Numbered from the stretch's first letter, positions 50,940 through 60,434 are shown. The stretch: 64,000 nucleotides of DNA from an uncultured Acidobacteriota bacterium (GCA_963764715.1 CAVXTP010000009.1:131199-195198), one strand, 5' to 3'. A program made the numbers and translations. Notes: generated from the sequence alone by a model not told the origin.

Positions 50940-51650
50940 ATGCTGCTCTGTGACTTCCACATCCACACGACCTACTCCGACGGCGTCCTGCCGCTGACGA
51001 AGGTCGTCGACCTGTTCGGCCGGTCGGGGCACGACGTCATCGCGATCACCGACCACATCGTCAATCGCGACAGCGGCCTCGGAAAGATCGCGCACCGCAT
51101 CCGCCACAGCCTCGATTCCGAGAGCTGGAAGCGGTACGCCGACGAGATCGCCCGGGAGGCGGAGCGGGCCTGGCACACATATGGCATGGTGGTCCTGCCG
51201 GGAGCCGAGATGACACGCAACACCATCAACCGGCACACGTCGGTCCATGCGCTCGCACTCGGCCTCGACGAGTTCCTGTCGGCCGACGGCGATCCGCTGG
51301 ACATGCTGCGCGAGGCGCAGGCGCGCGGGGCCGTGACGGTCGCCTGCCACCCCCACGAGATGAGCGAGTGGTTCGCCAACACCTGGTACCTGTGGAACCG
51401 GCGCCGGCAGGTGGGCGATCTCGTCGATCTCTGGGAGGTGGGCTGCCGCTGGGAGCTCTACCCGGTGATCTCGAGGGAAAGCCTGCCGCATCTGGCCAAC
51501 AGCGACTTTCACCGGCCCGAGCACCTCTTCGCCTGGAAGACGCTGCTCAAGGCGGACAAGAACCGCGCCTCGGTGCTCGCGGCCCTGCGCCGCGGCACCG
51601 GCATCGGCGTTCTGCGCCTGACGCCGGACGAAGCGGCGGCGACGGCGTGA
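50940..51650 (+). CDS. PHP-domain phosphoesterase
   Basis: Motifs CDFHIHTTYSDG, ITDH, GAE, CHPH, NSDFH. Confidence 0.88.
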   Translation: MLLCDFHIHTTYSDGVLPLTKVVDLFGRSGHDVIAITDHIVNRDSGLGKIAHRIRHSLDSESWKRYADEIAREAERAWHTYGMVVLPGAEMTRNTINRHTSVHALALGLDEFLSADGDPLDMLREAQARGAVTVACHPHEMSEWFANTWYLWNRRRQVGDLVDLWEVGCRWELYPVISRESLPHLANSDFHRPEHLFAWKTLLKADKNRASVLAALRRGTGIGVLRLTPDEAAATA

Positions 51651-52795
51651 ACGTTCCCCTGGTCGTGGGGCTCGCCGGGCTCGCGGGCCTCGCCCTCGGC
51701 ACGCTCGCCTACGGGGCCGCGGCGATCACGCTCCTGCGGCTCCGGCGGACCTATCGGGGCGACCCGATTCCGGGCTTCGCGCCGCCCGTCACGATCCTGA
51801 AGCCCCTCGCCGGGCTCGACGAGGAGCTCGAGGAGAACCTGGAGACCTTCTACGCGCTCGACTACGACGAGTACGAGATCGTTTTTTCCTTCGCGCGCGC
51901 CGACGACCCCGCCTGTGCCTTGGCGCGGCGCGTGGCGGACCGCCACCCGGCCATCCGCTCGACCTTCGTCGTCGACGGCCGGGAGCCGGGCGGCAACTCC
52001 AAGGTCAATCGCCTCGCGGCGGGTATGCGCCGCGCGCGCCACCGGATGATCCTATTCTCCGACGGCAACGTCCGCGTGCGGCCGGATTTCCTGCGGAGGG
52101 CCGTCTCGTGGTTTCTCGATCTCCGGGTCGGCCTCGTCTCGCACCTCTTCCGCGGGCACGGCGCGTCGAGCTTCGGGTCCCGGCTCGAGTCCCTTTATCT
52201 CAACGGCTGCCTGATGCCCGGGACGGCCTTCGTGTGGGCCGTCCTCCGCCGCCCGTGCGTCGTGGGCAAGTCGATCCTGGTGTCGCGGGAGGCCCTGGAC
52301 GCGATCGGGGGCATCGGAGCGCTCCAGGACTATCTCGCCGAGGACTACGTTCTCGGCCGCCAGGTGCGCCGCGCCGGATACCGCGTCGTCCTCTCGACCG
52401 ACATCCTCGACACGCTCGAGGTGAACAAGCCGATGGCCACGGCGTTCCGGCGCCACCGGCGCTGGGCCATGATGCGCAAGCGGCTGGCCCGCTTCCTCTA
52501 CTCGGGCGAGCTGCTGGCGAGCGCCCTGCCCTGGTTCCTCGCGGCGATGGCGGCCCCCTCCGCGGCCATCCGGGGCGCGGCCGGCGCGCTTCTCGCGGCC
52601 CGCTGGACGATGGAGATCCTGCTCTCCCGGCCGTCGGGGCAGCCGATCCCCTGGCGCGAGGCCGTCCTCCTTCCGATCCGGGACCTGGGCGCGGCGGCGG
52701 TCTTCTGGGCGGGGGCGTTCGGCCGGTCCGTCGCCTGGCGCGGGCGGCCGGTCCGCATCGGGGAGGATACGAAGATCGTCAAGCGCGCCGCCTAG
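51647..52795 (+). CDS. Ceramide glucosyltransferase-like (HpnI/GT21-type) glycosyltransferase
   Basis: GTGA overlap; motifs VTILKPLAG, NSKVNRL, SDGNV, YLAED, RRHRRW; N- and C-terminal TM helices. Confidence 0.85.
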   Translation: MNVPLVVGLAGLAGLALGTLAYGAAAITLLRLRRTYRGDPIPGFAPPVTILKPLAGLDEELEENLETFYALDYDEYEIVFSFARADDPACALARRVADRHPAIRSTFVVDGREPGGNSKVNRLAAGMRRARHRMILFSDGNVRVRPDFLRRAVSWFLDLRVGLVSHLFRGHGASSFGSRLESLYLNGCLMPGTAFVWAVLRRPCVVGKSILVSREALDAIGGIGALQDYLAEDYVLGRQVRRAGYRVVLSTDILDTLEVNKPMATAFRRHRRWAMMRKRLARFLYSGELLASALPWFLAAMAAPSAAIRGAAGALLAARWTMEILLSRPSGQPIPWREAVLLPIRDLGAAAVFWAGAFGRSVAWRGRPVRIGEDTKIVKRAA

Positions 52796-52806
52796 GGCGC
52801 GCCGGC

Positions 52807-54927
52807 TCAGAGGGTCGGGACGGCCTTCAGGCCCCGGCGCGCGAGGCGATCGAGCAGCAACCCCTGGGTGTCCACGGGGGCCTCGCCGGTCGGCGGATGG
52901 CGGCGGACGTACGTCCCGTCGCTCTGGAGGTCGCGGGCGCGGCAGTTGTCCGACCGGATGGGCTCGAGAATCTCGTGGCGGATCTTTTCGCGGGCCTTCT
53001 CGTCCTGGATCGGCGCCATGAGCTCGACCCGGCGGTAGAAGTTGCGCGGCATCCAGTCGGCGCTCGAGATGAAGATCTCCTCCTCCTCGCCGACGCCGAA
53101 GGAGAAGACGCGCGAGTGCTCGAGGAACCGCCCGACGACGCTCGAGACCCGGATTCCGTCGGAGACGCCCGGAACGCCGGGCCGCAGGCAGCAGATGCCC
53201 CGGACCGACAGGTCGATCGGGACCCCCGCCTGCGACGCCCGGTAGAGCGCCCGGATCACGCTCGCGTCGACGAGGGAGTTGAGCTTGGCGACGATCGCGG
53301 CGGGCTGGCCCGCGCGGGCCTTCTCGGCCTCGCGGTCGATCAGGGCGAGGACGCGGTCGTGGAGCGCGAAGGGTGCGACCGAGAGGCGCTTGTAGCGCGT
53401 CTTCTTCGAGAAGCCGGTCAGGAAGTTGAAGAGCTCGGACGCGTCGTGCCCGAAGTCGGCGCGCGCCGTGAAGAGGCCGACGTCGGTGTAGACGCGCGCG
53501 GTCAGCCGGTTGTAGTTGCCGGTGCCGACGTGGACGTAGCGGCGCATCGCCGCACCCTCGCGCCGGACGACGAGCGCGATCTTCGCGTGGGTCTTGAGGC
53601 CCTCGACGCCGTAGGCGACGTGCACGCCGGCCCGCTCGAGCGACCGCGCCCACTGGATGTTGTTCTCCTCGTCGAAGCGGGCCTTCAGCTCGACGAGAAC
53701 GGCCACCTGTTTGCCGTTCTCGGCCGCCCGGGCGAGCGCCGCGACGACGGGGGAGTCCGCACCGACGCGGTACAGCGTCATCTTGATCGCGAGGACGTCG
53801 GGATCGTCGGCCGCCGCGTCGAGGAACCGCAGCACGGGATCGAAGGCATCGTACGGGTGATGCAGGAGGATGTCGCCCTTGCGGATCGTGTCGAAGACGT
53901 TGGCCGGCCGGTCGAAGATCGTCCTCGCCGCCGGGAGGAACGGCGCGTCCTTGAGGGCCGGAAGGTCCAGCTTCATGACGGACAGCAGGTCCGCCGCGCC
54001 GAGGGGACCGGCGACCTCGTAGACGTCGCCCGGGTCGAGCTCGAGCTGCGTGCGGAGCAGCTCGCGGACGTGCTCCGAGCAGCGGTCCTCGACTTCGAGG
54101 CGGATCGCCGCGCCGAAGCGGCGGCGGCGCAGGTTGTCGGTCATGCTCCGGAGGAGGTCGCCGGCCTCGTCCTCCCGGATCTCGATGTCGGCGTCGCGCG
54201 TCACACGGAAGGCCGAGGCGCCCAGGATCTCCATGCCGGGGAAGAGGCGGTCGAGGTTGGCCTCGATGAGCTTTTCGAGCAGGACGAACTCGAGCGTCTT
54301 GCCCGACGCGCCGGGCACCGGCACGAACCGTGACAGCGATGCGGGGACCTTGATCCGCGCGAAGGCGGGCGTCTTCTCCTTCTTGTCCTTGAGCTCGACG
54401 GCGAGCGACAGGGAGAGGTTGGAGACGAACGGAAACGGGTGCGCCGGATCGAACGCGAGCGGCGTCAGGACCGGAAACACCACGCTTTCGAAGTAGCCCG
54501 AGAGCTCCTTGCGGCGCTCGGGCTCGATCTCCTCCCAGGACAGGATGCGGACGCCGGCCTCGGCGAGACGCGGCCGCAGCTCGTCGCGGAGCAGGCGCAT
54601 CGCATCGCCGGCGTCGCGCTCGACGATCTCGCGAATCGCCTGGAGCTGCTCGGTCGCGGAGAGACCGTCGGCGCTGCGCTCGGCGACGGAGGCCTCGAGC
54701 TGCTCGTGGAGGCCCGAGACGCGGATCATGAAGAACTCGTCGAGGTTCGAGTGGAAGATGGCGAGGAATTTCACCCGCTCGAAGAGGGGCCAGGCCGGAT
54801 CGAGCGCTTCCTCGAGCACGCGGCGGTTGAACGCCAGCCAGGAAATCTCGCGGTTGAAGTAGAGCGAATGGTCTTCCAGCCGGTCGTCCGGCGTCTGACC
54901 CCCACCGATGTAATGGACTTCGCTCAT
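52807..54927 (-). CDS. ppk1: Polyphosphate kinase 1
   Basis: Motifs NREISWLAFNRRV, NLDEFFMIRV, HPFP, LHHPY, ELKARFDE, GRFLEHSR, SADWMPRN. Confidence 0.97.
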   Translation of the reverse strand: MSEVHYIGGGQTPDDRLEDHSLYFNREISWLAFNRRVLEEALDPAWPLFERVKFLAIFHSNLDEFFMIRVSGLHEQLEASVAERSADGLSATEQLQAIREIVERDAGDAMRLLRDELRPRLAEAGVRILSWEEIEPERRKELSGYFESVVFPVLTPLAFDPAHPFPFVSNLSLSLAVELKDKKEKTPAFARIKVPASLSRFVPVPGASGKTLEFVLLEKLIEANLDRLFPGMEILGASAFRVTRDADIEIREDEAGDLLRSMTDNLRRRRFGAAIRLEVEDRCSEHVRELLRTQLELDPGDVYEVAGPLGAADLLSVMKLDLPALKDAPFLPAARTIFDRPANVFDTIRKGDILLHHPYDAFDPVLRFLDAAADDPDVLAIKMTLYRVGADSPVVAALARAAENGKQVAVLVELKARFDEENNIQWARSLERAGVHVAYGVEGLKTHAKIALVVRREGAAMRRYVHVGTGNYNRLTARVYTDVGLFTARADFGHDASELFNFLTGFSKKTRYKRLSVAPFALHDRVLALIDREAEKARAGQPAAIVAKLNSLVDASVIRALYRASQAGVPIDLSVRGICCLRPGVPGVSDGIRVSSVVGRFLEHSRVFSFGVGEEEEIFISSADWMPRNFYRRVELMAPIQDEKAREKIRHEILEPIRSDNCRARDLQSDGTYVRRHPPTGEAPVDTQGLLLDRLARRGLKAVPTL

Positions 54928-55157
54928 CGAGGTCGAATCGAGGGATGGAGGGTACCACCCCGATCCGTCACGGGTGTGAAGACAACAGATCGGACCTTCT
55001 GGCAAACGTTGTCCAGATATAACGGCTTCCGGATCTAAGTCCTATAGTTAAGTAAATAAATGACTTATCTGAGAAATATCGCTGTCGACTCCGAAAAACC
55101 TGCCTCAGATATGTCAGGATATATCTCTGGACATTTACTGATCGATTGGAGGCCCGA

Positions 55158-56084
55158 GTGGACGTTCAAACGACGAGCTCTTCCTTTGAGCCGAGCCTGA
55201 CGATCGGCGCCGTCGCGAAGGCGACCGGCTTCTCGCCGGACACGCTCCGCGTCTGGCAGAAGCGCTACGGATTTCCGGTGCCGCAGCGCAAGCCCTCCGG
55301 CCACCGCCTCTACAGCACGGCCGACGTGAAGCGCCTGCGACGGATCTCGGAGGCCCTCGCCCGCGGCCACCGGCCCGGCCAGGTCGTTCCGCTGCCGGAG
55401 CCCCGCCTCCAGTCGCTCCTGACCGAGGCCGGGGCCTCGACGGGCGCCGGCCCTCGGTCGCTCGCGCCGATCGCGAGCCTGATGGCGTTGGTTCGCCGGC
55501 ACGACGCCGCGGGCCTGACCTCCGCGCTCCTCTCGGACGCGGCGACGCTCGGCCCGGTCGAGTTCCTGCGCCTGCGGGCCGTTCCGATGGTTCAGGAGGT
55601 CGGCGAGGCCTGGTCACGCGGAGAGGTCGGGATCCACCACGAGCACTTCTTCTCGGAACGCTTGAGCGACGTGCTGCGCTCGGTGCGCATGCCCTACGAG
55701 CGGGCCGCCGCGGGGCCGCGCATCACGCTGGCGACGCTGTCCGGCGAGACGCACGGCCTGGGTCTCCAGATGGCCGCCCTCGTCGCGGCTGTCGGCGGGC
55801 TCGAGCCCCACGTGCTCGGCACCGATACGCCGGTCGCCGAGATCGCGGCGGCCGCCCGGTCCGGCCGCGTCGCGGCCGTGGGCGTCAGCATCTCGGCGTC
55901 GACGGCGGGCCCGGCCTCCCGCGATCAGCTCGCGGCGCTGCGACGGGCGGTCCCGGCGGGGACGCCCATCCTCGTGGGCGGGCAGGGCGCGCGGCGCAGC
56001 CATCCGCCGGGAGGTTGCGTCATCGTCGAAGACCTCCAGGGCCTCTTCGACTGGTCGCGGCGGCTTTCGGCGCGGAGCGCCTGA
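55158..56084 (+). CDS. CarH/LitR-type MerR regulator with a cobalamin-binding domain
   Basis: MerR HTH TLRVWQKRYG..SGHRLY; W-x9-EH motif (AWSRGEVGIHHEH); ETHGLG; SD GGAGG. Confidence 0.88.
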   Translation: MDVQTTSSSFEPSLTIGAVAKATGFSPDTLRVWQKRYGFPVPQRKPSGHRLYSTADVKRLRRISEALARGHRPGQVVPLPEPRLQSLLTEAGASTGAGPRSLAPIASLMALVRRHDAAGLTSALLSDAATLGPVEFLRLRAVPMVQEVGEAWSRGEVGIHHEHFFSERLSDVLRSVRMPYERAAAGPRITLATLSGETHGLGLQMAALVAAVGGLEPHVLGTDTPVAEIAAAARSGRVAAVGVSISASTAGPASRDQLAALRRAVPAGTPILVGGQGARRSHPPGGCVIVEDLQGLFDWSRRLSARSA

Positions 56085-56195
56085 CCGCACTCCCGAGCCT
56101 GCGAAAATGCTCCCCGATTTGACGCGGACTGCGCGCGATATTCATCCCCGGACTTGAAACTTCGACGGAAACGCGTCGCAGGATCCCCTCCCATT

Positions 56196-56225
56196 CGCCC
56201 CGATCCGTCGGGGCGTTCTTTTTTT
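56196..56225 (+). terminator. Intrinsic terminator
   Basis: CGCCCCGA-TCCG-TCGGGGCG followed by TTCTTTTTTT. Confidence 0.85.
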
Positions 56226-56234
56226 CGGGGACGG

Positions 56235-56290
56235 CTTCGCGCGAAATTTACATCGGATGCCCGACGTCTTCACGGGGCCCGGGCGATTCT
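56235..56290 (+). promoter_or_regulatory. Pho-box-like repeats upstream of the lipoprotein gene
   Basis: CTTCGCG (56235), ATTTACA (56246), CTTCACG (56268) in 11-nt phase; GATTCT at 56285. Confidence 0.5.
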
Positions 56291-56385
56291 CCGCGTGCCG
56301 CTTCAGGCGCTTCGAACAGGCCCGGGCCCGACATCCCGGGAGTCCCGGAAGCGTAGGATCCGCGGAAAGCCGCGAAGGAGATTCG

Positions 56386-57123
56386 ATGAAGAGACCGACT
56401 CTCGCGCTCATCCTCGTCCCGGGCGTCCTCGCCTGCGCCTCCCTGTCGCCGGAGGCCGCGCAGGTCAAGGTCTACCAGGCGGAGCTCGCGGAGCGCGACG
56501 CGATCGCTCCGGCCCTTCCCGGCGGCTGCAAGTTGCTCGGCACTTCGGGACCGATCCAGCAGCAGCAGGAAGACCGTGAGATCAGCGACCCCTACCGCAA
56601 AGAGCGCAATCGGACGGCGAGCCTCGGCGGCAACGTGCTCTACGTCCAGTCGTACCGGATCGTCAATCTGATGAAGCTCGACTGCCCGGTCGGGGACACC
56701 TCTCCCGGCTGCATGGACCGCTCGCAGAGCTGGTACCGCGTCACGTTCGGGTCGTACGCGTGCGACGCGCCGGCGCTCCAGGTCCTCGCCGAGGCGCCGC
56801 TGCCATCAACGCCGAGCATCTTCAAATTCGAGCTCGTCAAGAAGACTCCGAAGCCGACTCCCGAGACCACTCCCGCGGCGGCGGTGGTTGCCGCAGCGCC
56901 GGCGGCTCCCGCGCCGACGCCCGCGCCCGCGGCGCCGGCTCCGCAGGCGGCCGGGCTGAAGGTGCAGGTGCTGGCGTTGATGCAGGAGGGCGTCGGCACG
57001 GACGTGATCAAGCTGTACGTCCGCTCGCATCCGGTCGCCGCGCCGCTGACGGCCGACGAGATCATCGACTGGAAGCGATCCGGGATCGCCGACGTGGTCA
57101 TCGAGGCGACCTTCGCGCGTTGA
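56386..57123 (+). CDS. Cys-containing lipoprotein of unknown function
   Basis: SD AAGGAG, lipobox VLAC, four further Cys, an Ala/Pro linker and a small helical C-terminal domain. Confidence 0.75.
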   Translation: MKRPTLALILVPGVLACASLSPEAAQVKVYQAELAERDAIAPALPGGCKLLGTSGPIQQQQEDREISDPYRKERNRTASLGGNVLYVQSYRIVNLMKLDCPVGDTSPGCMDRSQSWYRVTFGSYACDAPALQVLAEAPLPSTPSIFKFELVKKTPKPTPETTPAAAVVAAAPAAPAPTPAPAAPAPQAAGLKVQVLALMQEGVGTDVIKLYVRSHPVAAPLTADEIIDWKRSGIADVVIEATFAR

Positions 57124-57148
57124 TCGGCGGAGCCCTCCGCGTGCGCGC

Positions 57149-57204
57149 CTTCAACTCGAATTTACAAGACCTTCGTCGCCCGTTGACCCCCCGCCCTCAT
57201 AACT
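57149..57204 (+). promoter_or_regulatory. Pho-box-like repeats upstream of the porin gene
   Basis: CTTCAAC (57149), ATTTACA (57160), CTTCGTC (57171), GTTGACC (57182). Confidence 0.65.
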
Positions 57205-57233
57205 CCCGGACCAATAGAGGAGGAGCTGCACAC

Positions 57234-58346
57234 ATGAAACGACTTTCGGGATTCCTGACCGCGTGCGCGATCGGCGCGATGCTTTCGAGCGGGGCGGCGC
57301 GCGCCCAGGTCACGGTCGCAGCCGGCTACACACCTCCCGACGACACCCCCAAGGTCAACGTCGGAGGCACGATCTTCGCGGACTACACGTACGTGCAGGA
57401 GCCGACGGTGACCGGATCGGACGGCAGCCAGGTGCACGCCAACGCGTTCAACCTCACGCGGGCGTACATCAACATCACCGGCCAGATCAACCATCTCATC
57501 GCATTCCGCATCACGCCCGACGTCGTGCGCGTCGGCCAGGTTTCCGGCGCGAACGTTCCGGGCCTCAGCGGGACCCTGACGTACCGTCTCAAGTACGCTT
57601 ACGGACAGCTGAACTTCAGCGACTTCACGACCAACGGCTCGTGGCTCCGGCTCGGACTTCAGCAGACGCCCTGGATCGACTTCGAAGAGGGCATCTACCG
57701 CTACCGGTTCGCCGGCACGGTGCTCGCGGACCGGGAGGGCGCGCTCACGTCGTCCGACCTCGGCGCCTCCGTCCACTGGAACATTCCCGGGAACTTCGGC
57801 GACATCCACGGCGGCGTCTACAACGGCAACGGGTATACGGCCCTCCAGGACAACGACTCGCAGATGTCCTACCAGGTGCGCGGAACGGTTCGCCCGCTTC
57901 CCATGGTGCCGATCATCAAGGGGCTGCGGCTGTCAGGCTTCTACGACGACGACCATTACGCGATCGACGCGAAGAAGCAGCGCTACCTCGCCGCGGCCAC
58001 GTTCGAGCATCCGTACGTCAACTTCGGCTTCCAGTACGACGTCTTCAAGGATCAGACCAGTGCCGGGGCGGCGGTCGTCGAAGCGCATGCCTACTCCGCC
58101 TGGGTCACGCCGCGCACGTGCTTCGGCCTGGAAGCGCTTCTCCGGTGGGATCGGATCACGCCCGACACGACGAAGGGCGCGAACCGGCAGCGGCTGATCG
58201 CGGGTCCGGCGTACTGGTTCCCGGTCACGAAGAGCGGCGTCGCCGCCGCGGTGCTGCTGAGGTTCGAGCAGCTGCGCTACATGGGCGCGCCCAACTCCAA
58301 GCCCACGGAGGAGAGCTACGGGCTTTTCACCCTCTTCAACTTCTAA
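57234..58346 (+). CDS. Outer-membrane beta-barrel, probable phosphate-selective porin
   Basis: Signal peptide, FNLTRAYIN, RLKYAY, C-terminal Phe; lies directly upstream of pstS. Confidence 0.75.
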   Translation: MKRLSGFLTACAIGAMLSSGAARAQVTVAAGYTPPDDTPKVNVGGTIFADYTYVQEPTVTGSDGSQVHANAFNLTRAYINITGQINHLIAFRITPDVVRVGQVSGANVPGLSGTLTYRLKYAYGQLNFSDFTTNGSWLRLGLQQTPWIDFEEGIYRYRFAGTVLADREGALTSSDLGASVHWNIPGNFGDIHGGVYNGNGYTALQDNDSQMSYQVRGTVRPLPMVPIIKGLRLSGFYDDDHYAIDAKKQRYLAAATFEHPYVNFGFQYDVFKDQTSAGAAVVEAHAYSAWVTPRTCFGLEALLRWDRITPDTTKGANRQRLIAGPAYWFPVTKSGVAAAVLLRFEQLRYMGAPNSKPTEESYGLFTLFNF

Positions 58347-58389
58347 TTAACAGAAGCTTCATGCTCCCTTAACGTATGAACTTCATCTT
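58346..58389 (+). promoter_or_regulatory. Pho-box-like repeats upstream of pstS
   Basis: ATTAACA (58346), CTTCATG (58357), CTTAACG (58368); CATCTT at 58384. Confidence 0.75.
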
Positions 58390-58413
58390 TGCGAACGAAA
58401 CGAGGAGATGCCG

Positions 58414-59442
58414 ATGAGAGCGATTCGATTCCTGCTGGCCGCAGCCGCCGGAGCATGGCTGGCGCTTCCGGCCTCGACCGTGCAGGCCCAGACGACCCAG
58501 ATCAACGGGGCCGGGGCGACTTTCCCCTACCCGATCTATTCGAAGTGGTTTGACGAGTACCACAAACTGCACCCCGAGGTCGAGATCAACTACCAGTCGA
58601 TCGGTTCGGGCGGCGGGATCCGTCAGCTCACGAACCAGACGGTCTTCTTCGGCGCCTCCGACGGCCCGATGACGCCGGACCAGATGCAGGCGGCTCCGGG
58701 TAAGGTCCTGCATCTTCCGACGGTGCTCGGCGGCGTCGTTCCGGTCTACAACCTGCCCGGTGATCCGGACCTGAAATTCACCGGCCAGGCCATCGCCGAC
58801 ATCATCCTGGGCAAGATCACGAAGTGGAACGATCCCGCGATCGCGTCCATCAACCCGGGCGTTTCGCTGCCGGGCACGGACATCGCCGTCGCGCACCGCT
58901 CGGACGGCTCGGGGACGACTTACATCTGGGTCGACTACCTCTCCAAGGTCTCGCCGGAGTTCAAGAAGAAGGTCGGCGTCTCGACGTCCGTCAACTGGCC
59001 GGTCGGCGTCGGCGGCAAGGGCAACGAGGGCGTCGCCGGGCTCGTCAAGCAGACGCCGGGCGCCTTCGGGTACGTCGAGCTGATCTACGCCATCCAGAAC
59101 AAGATCTCCTACGGCTCCGTGCGCAACATGGACGGTGAATTCGTGAAGTCGAGCCTCGCCTCCGTGACGGCCGCGGCGGCCGCGGCGAGCAAGCTGATGC
59201 CCGCGGACTTCCGCGTGTCGATCACCAACGCTCCGGGCAAGGACGTCTACCCGATCTCGTCCTTCACGTGGATGCTGTTCTACGAGAGTCCCAAGGACAA
59301 GCAGCGGGCGCGCATCATGGTCGACTTCATGAAGTGGGCCCTGACCGACGGGCAGAAGTTCGCGGCCAACCTGGGGTACGCACCGCTGCCTTCCGACGTC
59401 GTCGCGCTGGAAATGGAAGCCCTCAAGCGGATCAAGCTGTAG
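58414..59442 (+). CDS. pstS: Phosphate ABC transporter substrate-binding protein
   Basis: Motifs GAGATFPYP, GSGGG, FGASD, HRSDGSGTT, GKGNEGV. Confidence 0.97.
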   Translation: MRAIRFLLAAAAGAWLALPASTVQAQTTQINGAGATFPYPIYSKWFDEYHKLHPEVEINYQSIGSGGGIRQLTNQTVFFGASDGPMTPDQMQAAPGKVLHLPTVLGGVVPVYNLPGDPDLKFTGQAIADIILGKITKWNDPAIASINPGVSLPGTDIAVAHRSDGSGTTYIWVDYLSKVSPEFKKKVGVSTSVNWPVGVGGKGNEGVAGLVKQTPGAFGYVELIYAIQNKISYGSVRNMDGEFVKSSLASVTAAAAAASKLMPADFRVSITNAPGKDVYPISSFTWMLFYESPKDKQRARIMVDFMKWALTDGQKFAANLGYAPLPSDVVALEMEALKRIKL

Positions 59443-59456
59443 GGTCCACGGGAACG

Positions 59457-60434
59457 ATGAAAACCCCGTCCTCGCGCGGGAGTGCCGACGACCGCGGATT
59501 CCGGCTGGGGACGGGGTTCTTTGCCCTGCTCGTGGTTCTCCTCGTCGTCGGCATCTTCTGGGAGCTCTACCGCACCTCGAACCTTTCGATCGCGAAGTTC
59601 GGCTTCCGATTCTGGACGGGCAAGGTGTGGGATCCGGTCGCCGGCGAGTTCGGGGCGCTGCCGTTCATCTGGGGCACGTTGTATTCGTCGATCCTGGCGA
59701 TGCTGATCTCGACGCCGGTGGCGATCGGCATCGCGATCTTTCTCTCGGAAATCTCGCCGAGGGCCCTGCGCACGCCGCTCGCGTTTCTGACGGAGCTTCT
59801 CGCGGCCATCCCTTCCATCGTCTACGGGCTCTGGGGCGTTTTCGTGCTGGTGCCGATCGTTCGGCATCTGCAGACCATCACACCCGCGTGGATGAGGAAG
59901 ATCCCGCTCTTCACCGGCCCGCCCCTGGGCGTCGGCATGGGCGCGGCGGCGCTGATTCTGGCCGTCATGGTCATCCCGTTCACTTCGTCGGTCGCGCGCG
60001 AGGTCCTCAAGGCCGTGCCGGCCACGCAGCGCGAGGCGGCCTACGCGCTCGGCGCGACGCGATGGGAGGCGATCCAGGCGGCGCTGCGGTTCGGACGCAC
60101 GGGAATCCTCGGAGCCGTCATTCTCGGGTTCGGCCGGGCCGTCGGGGAAACGATGGCCGTCACCATGGTCATCGGCAACAACCCCCAGGTGACGGCCTCC
60201 CTCTTCGCGCCCCAGTACACGATGGCGGCCGTCATTGCCAACGAGTTCACGGAGGCCGCGGACGACCTCTATCTCTCGGCTCTCATCGAGATCGGTCTCG
60301 TTCTCTTCGTCATCACGGTGGTCGTGAACGCCCTGTCCCGTCTGCTCATCTGGAGCGTGACGCGGGAAGTGAAGATCCGGATTCCGAAGGCCGCGATGCC
60401 CGCGTCGCCCGCCGAACCGAAGGCGGCGGCATGA
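59457..60434 (+). CDS. pstC: Phosphate ABC transporter permease
   Basis: Motifs [37 protein letters not shown]. Confidence 0.96.
   Translation: MKTPSSRGSADDRGFRLGTGFFALLVVLLVVGIFWELYRTSNLSIAKFGFRFWTGKVWDPVAGEFGALPFIWGTLYSSILAMLISTPVAIGIAIFLSEISPRALRTPLAFLTELLAAIPSIVYGLWGVFVLVPIVRHLQTITPAWMRKIPLFTGPPLGVGMGAAALILAVMVIPFTSSVAREVLKAVPATQREAAYALGATRWEAIQAALRFGRTGILGAVILGFGRAVGETMAVTMVIGNNPQVTASLFAPQYTMAAVIANEFTEAADDLYLSALIEIGLVLFVITVVVNALSRLLIWSVTREVKIRIPKAAMPASPAEPKAAA

Noticed and set aside
55030-55070. Possible dif site (TTAAGTAAATA resembles a XerD arm)
   Set aside because: No acceptable XerC arm at 6-bp spacing; better explained as an AT-rich or IHF-like inverted repeat.
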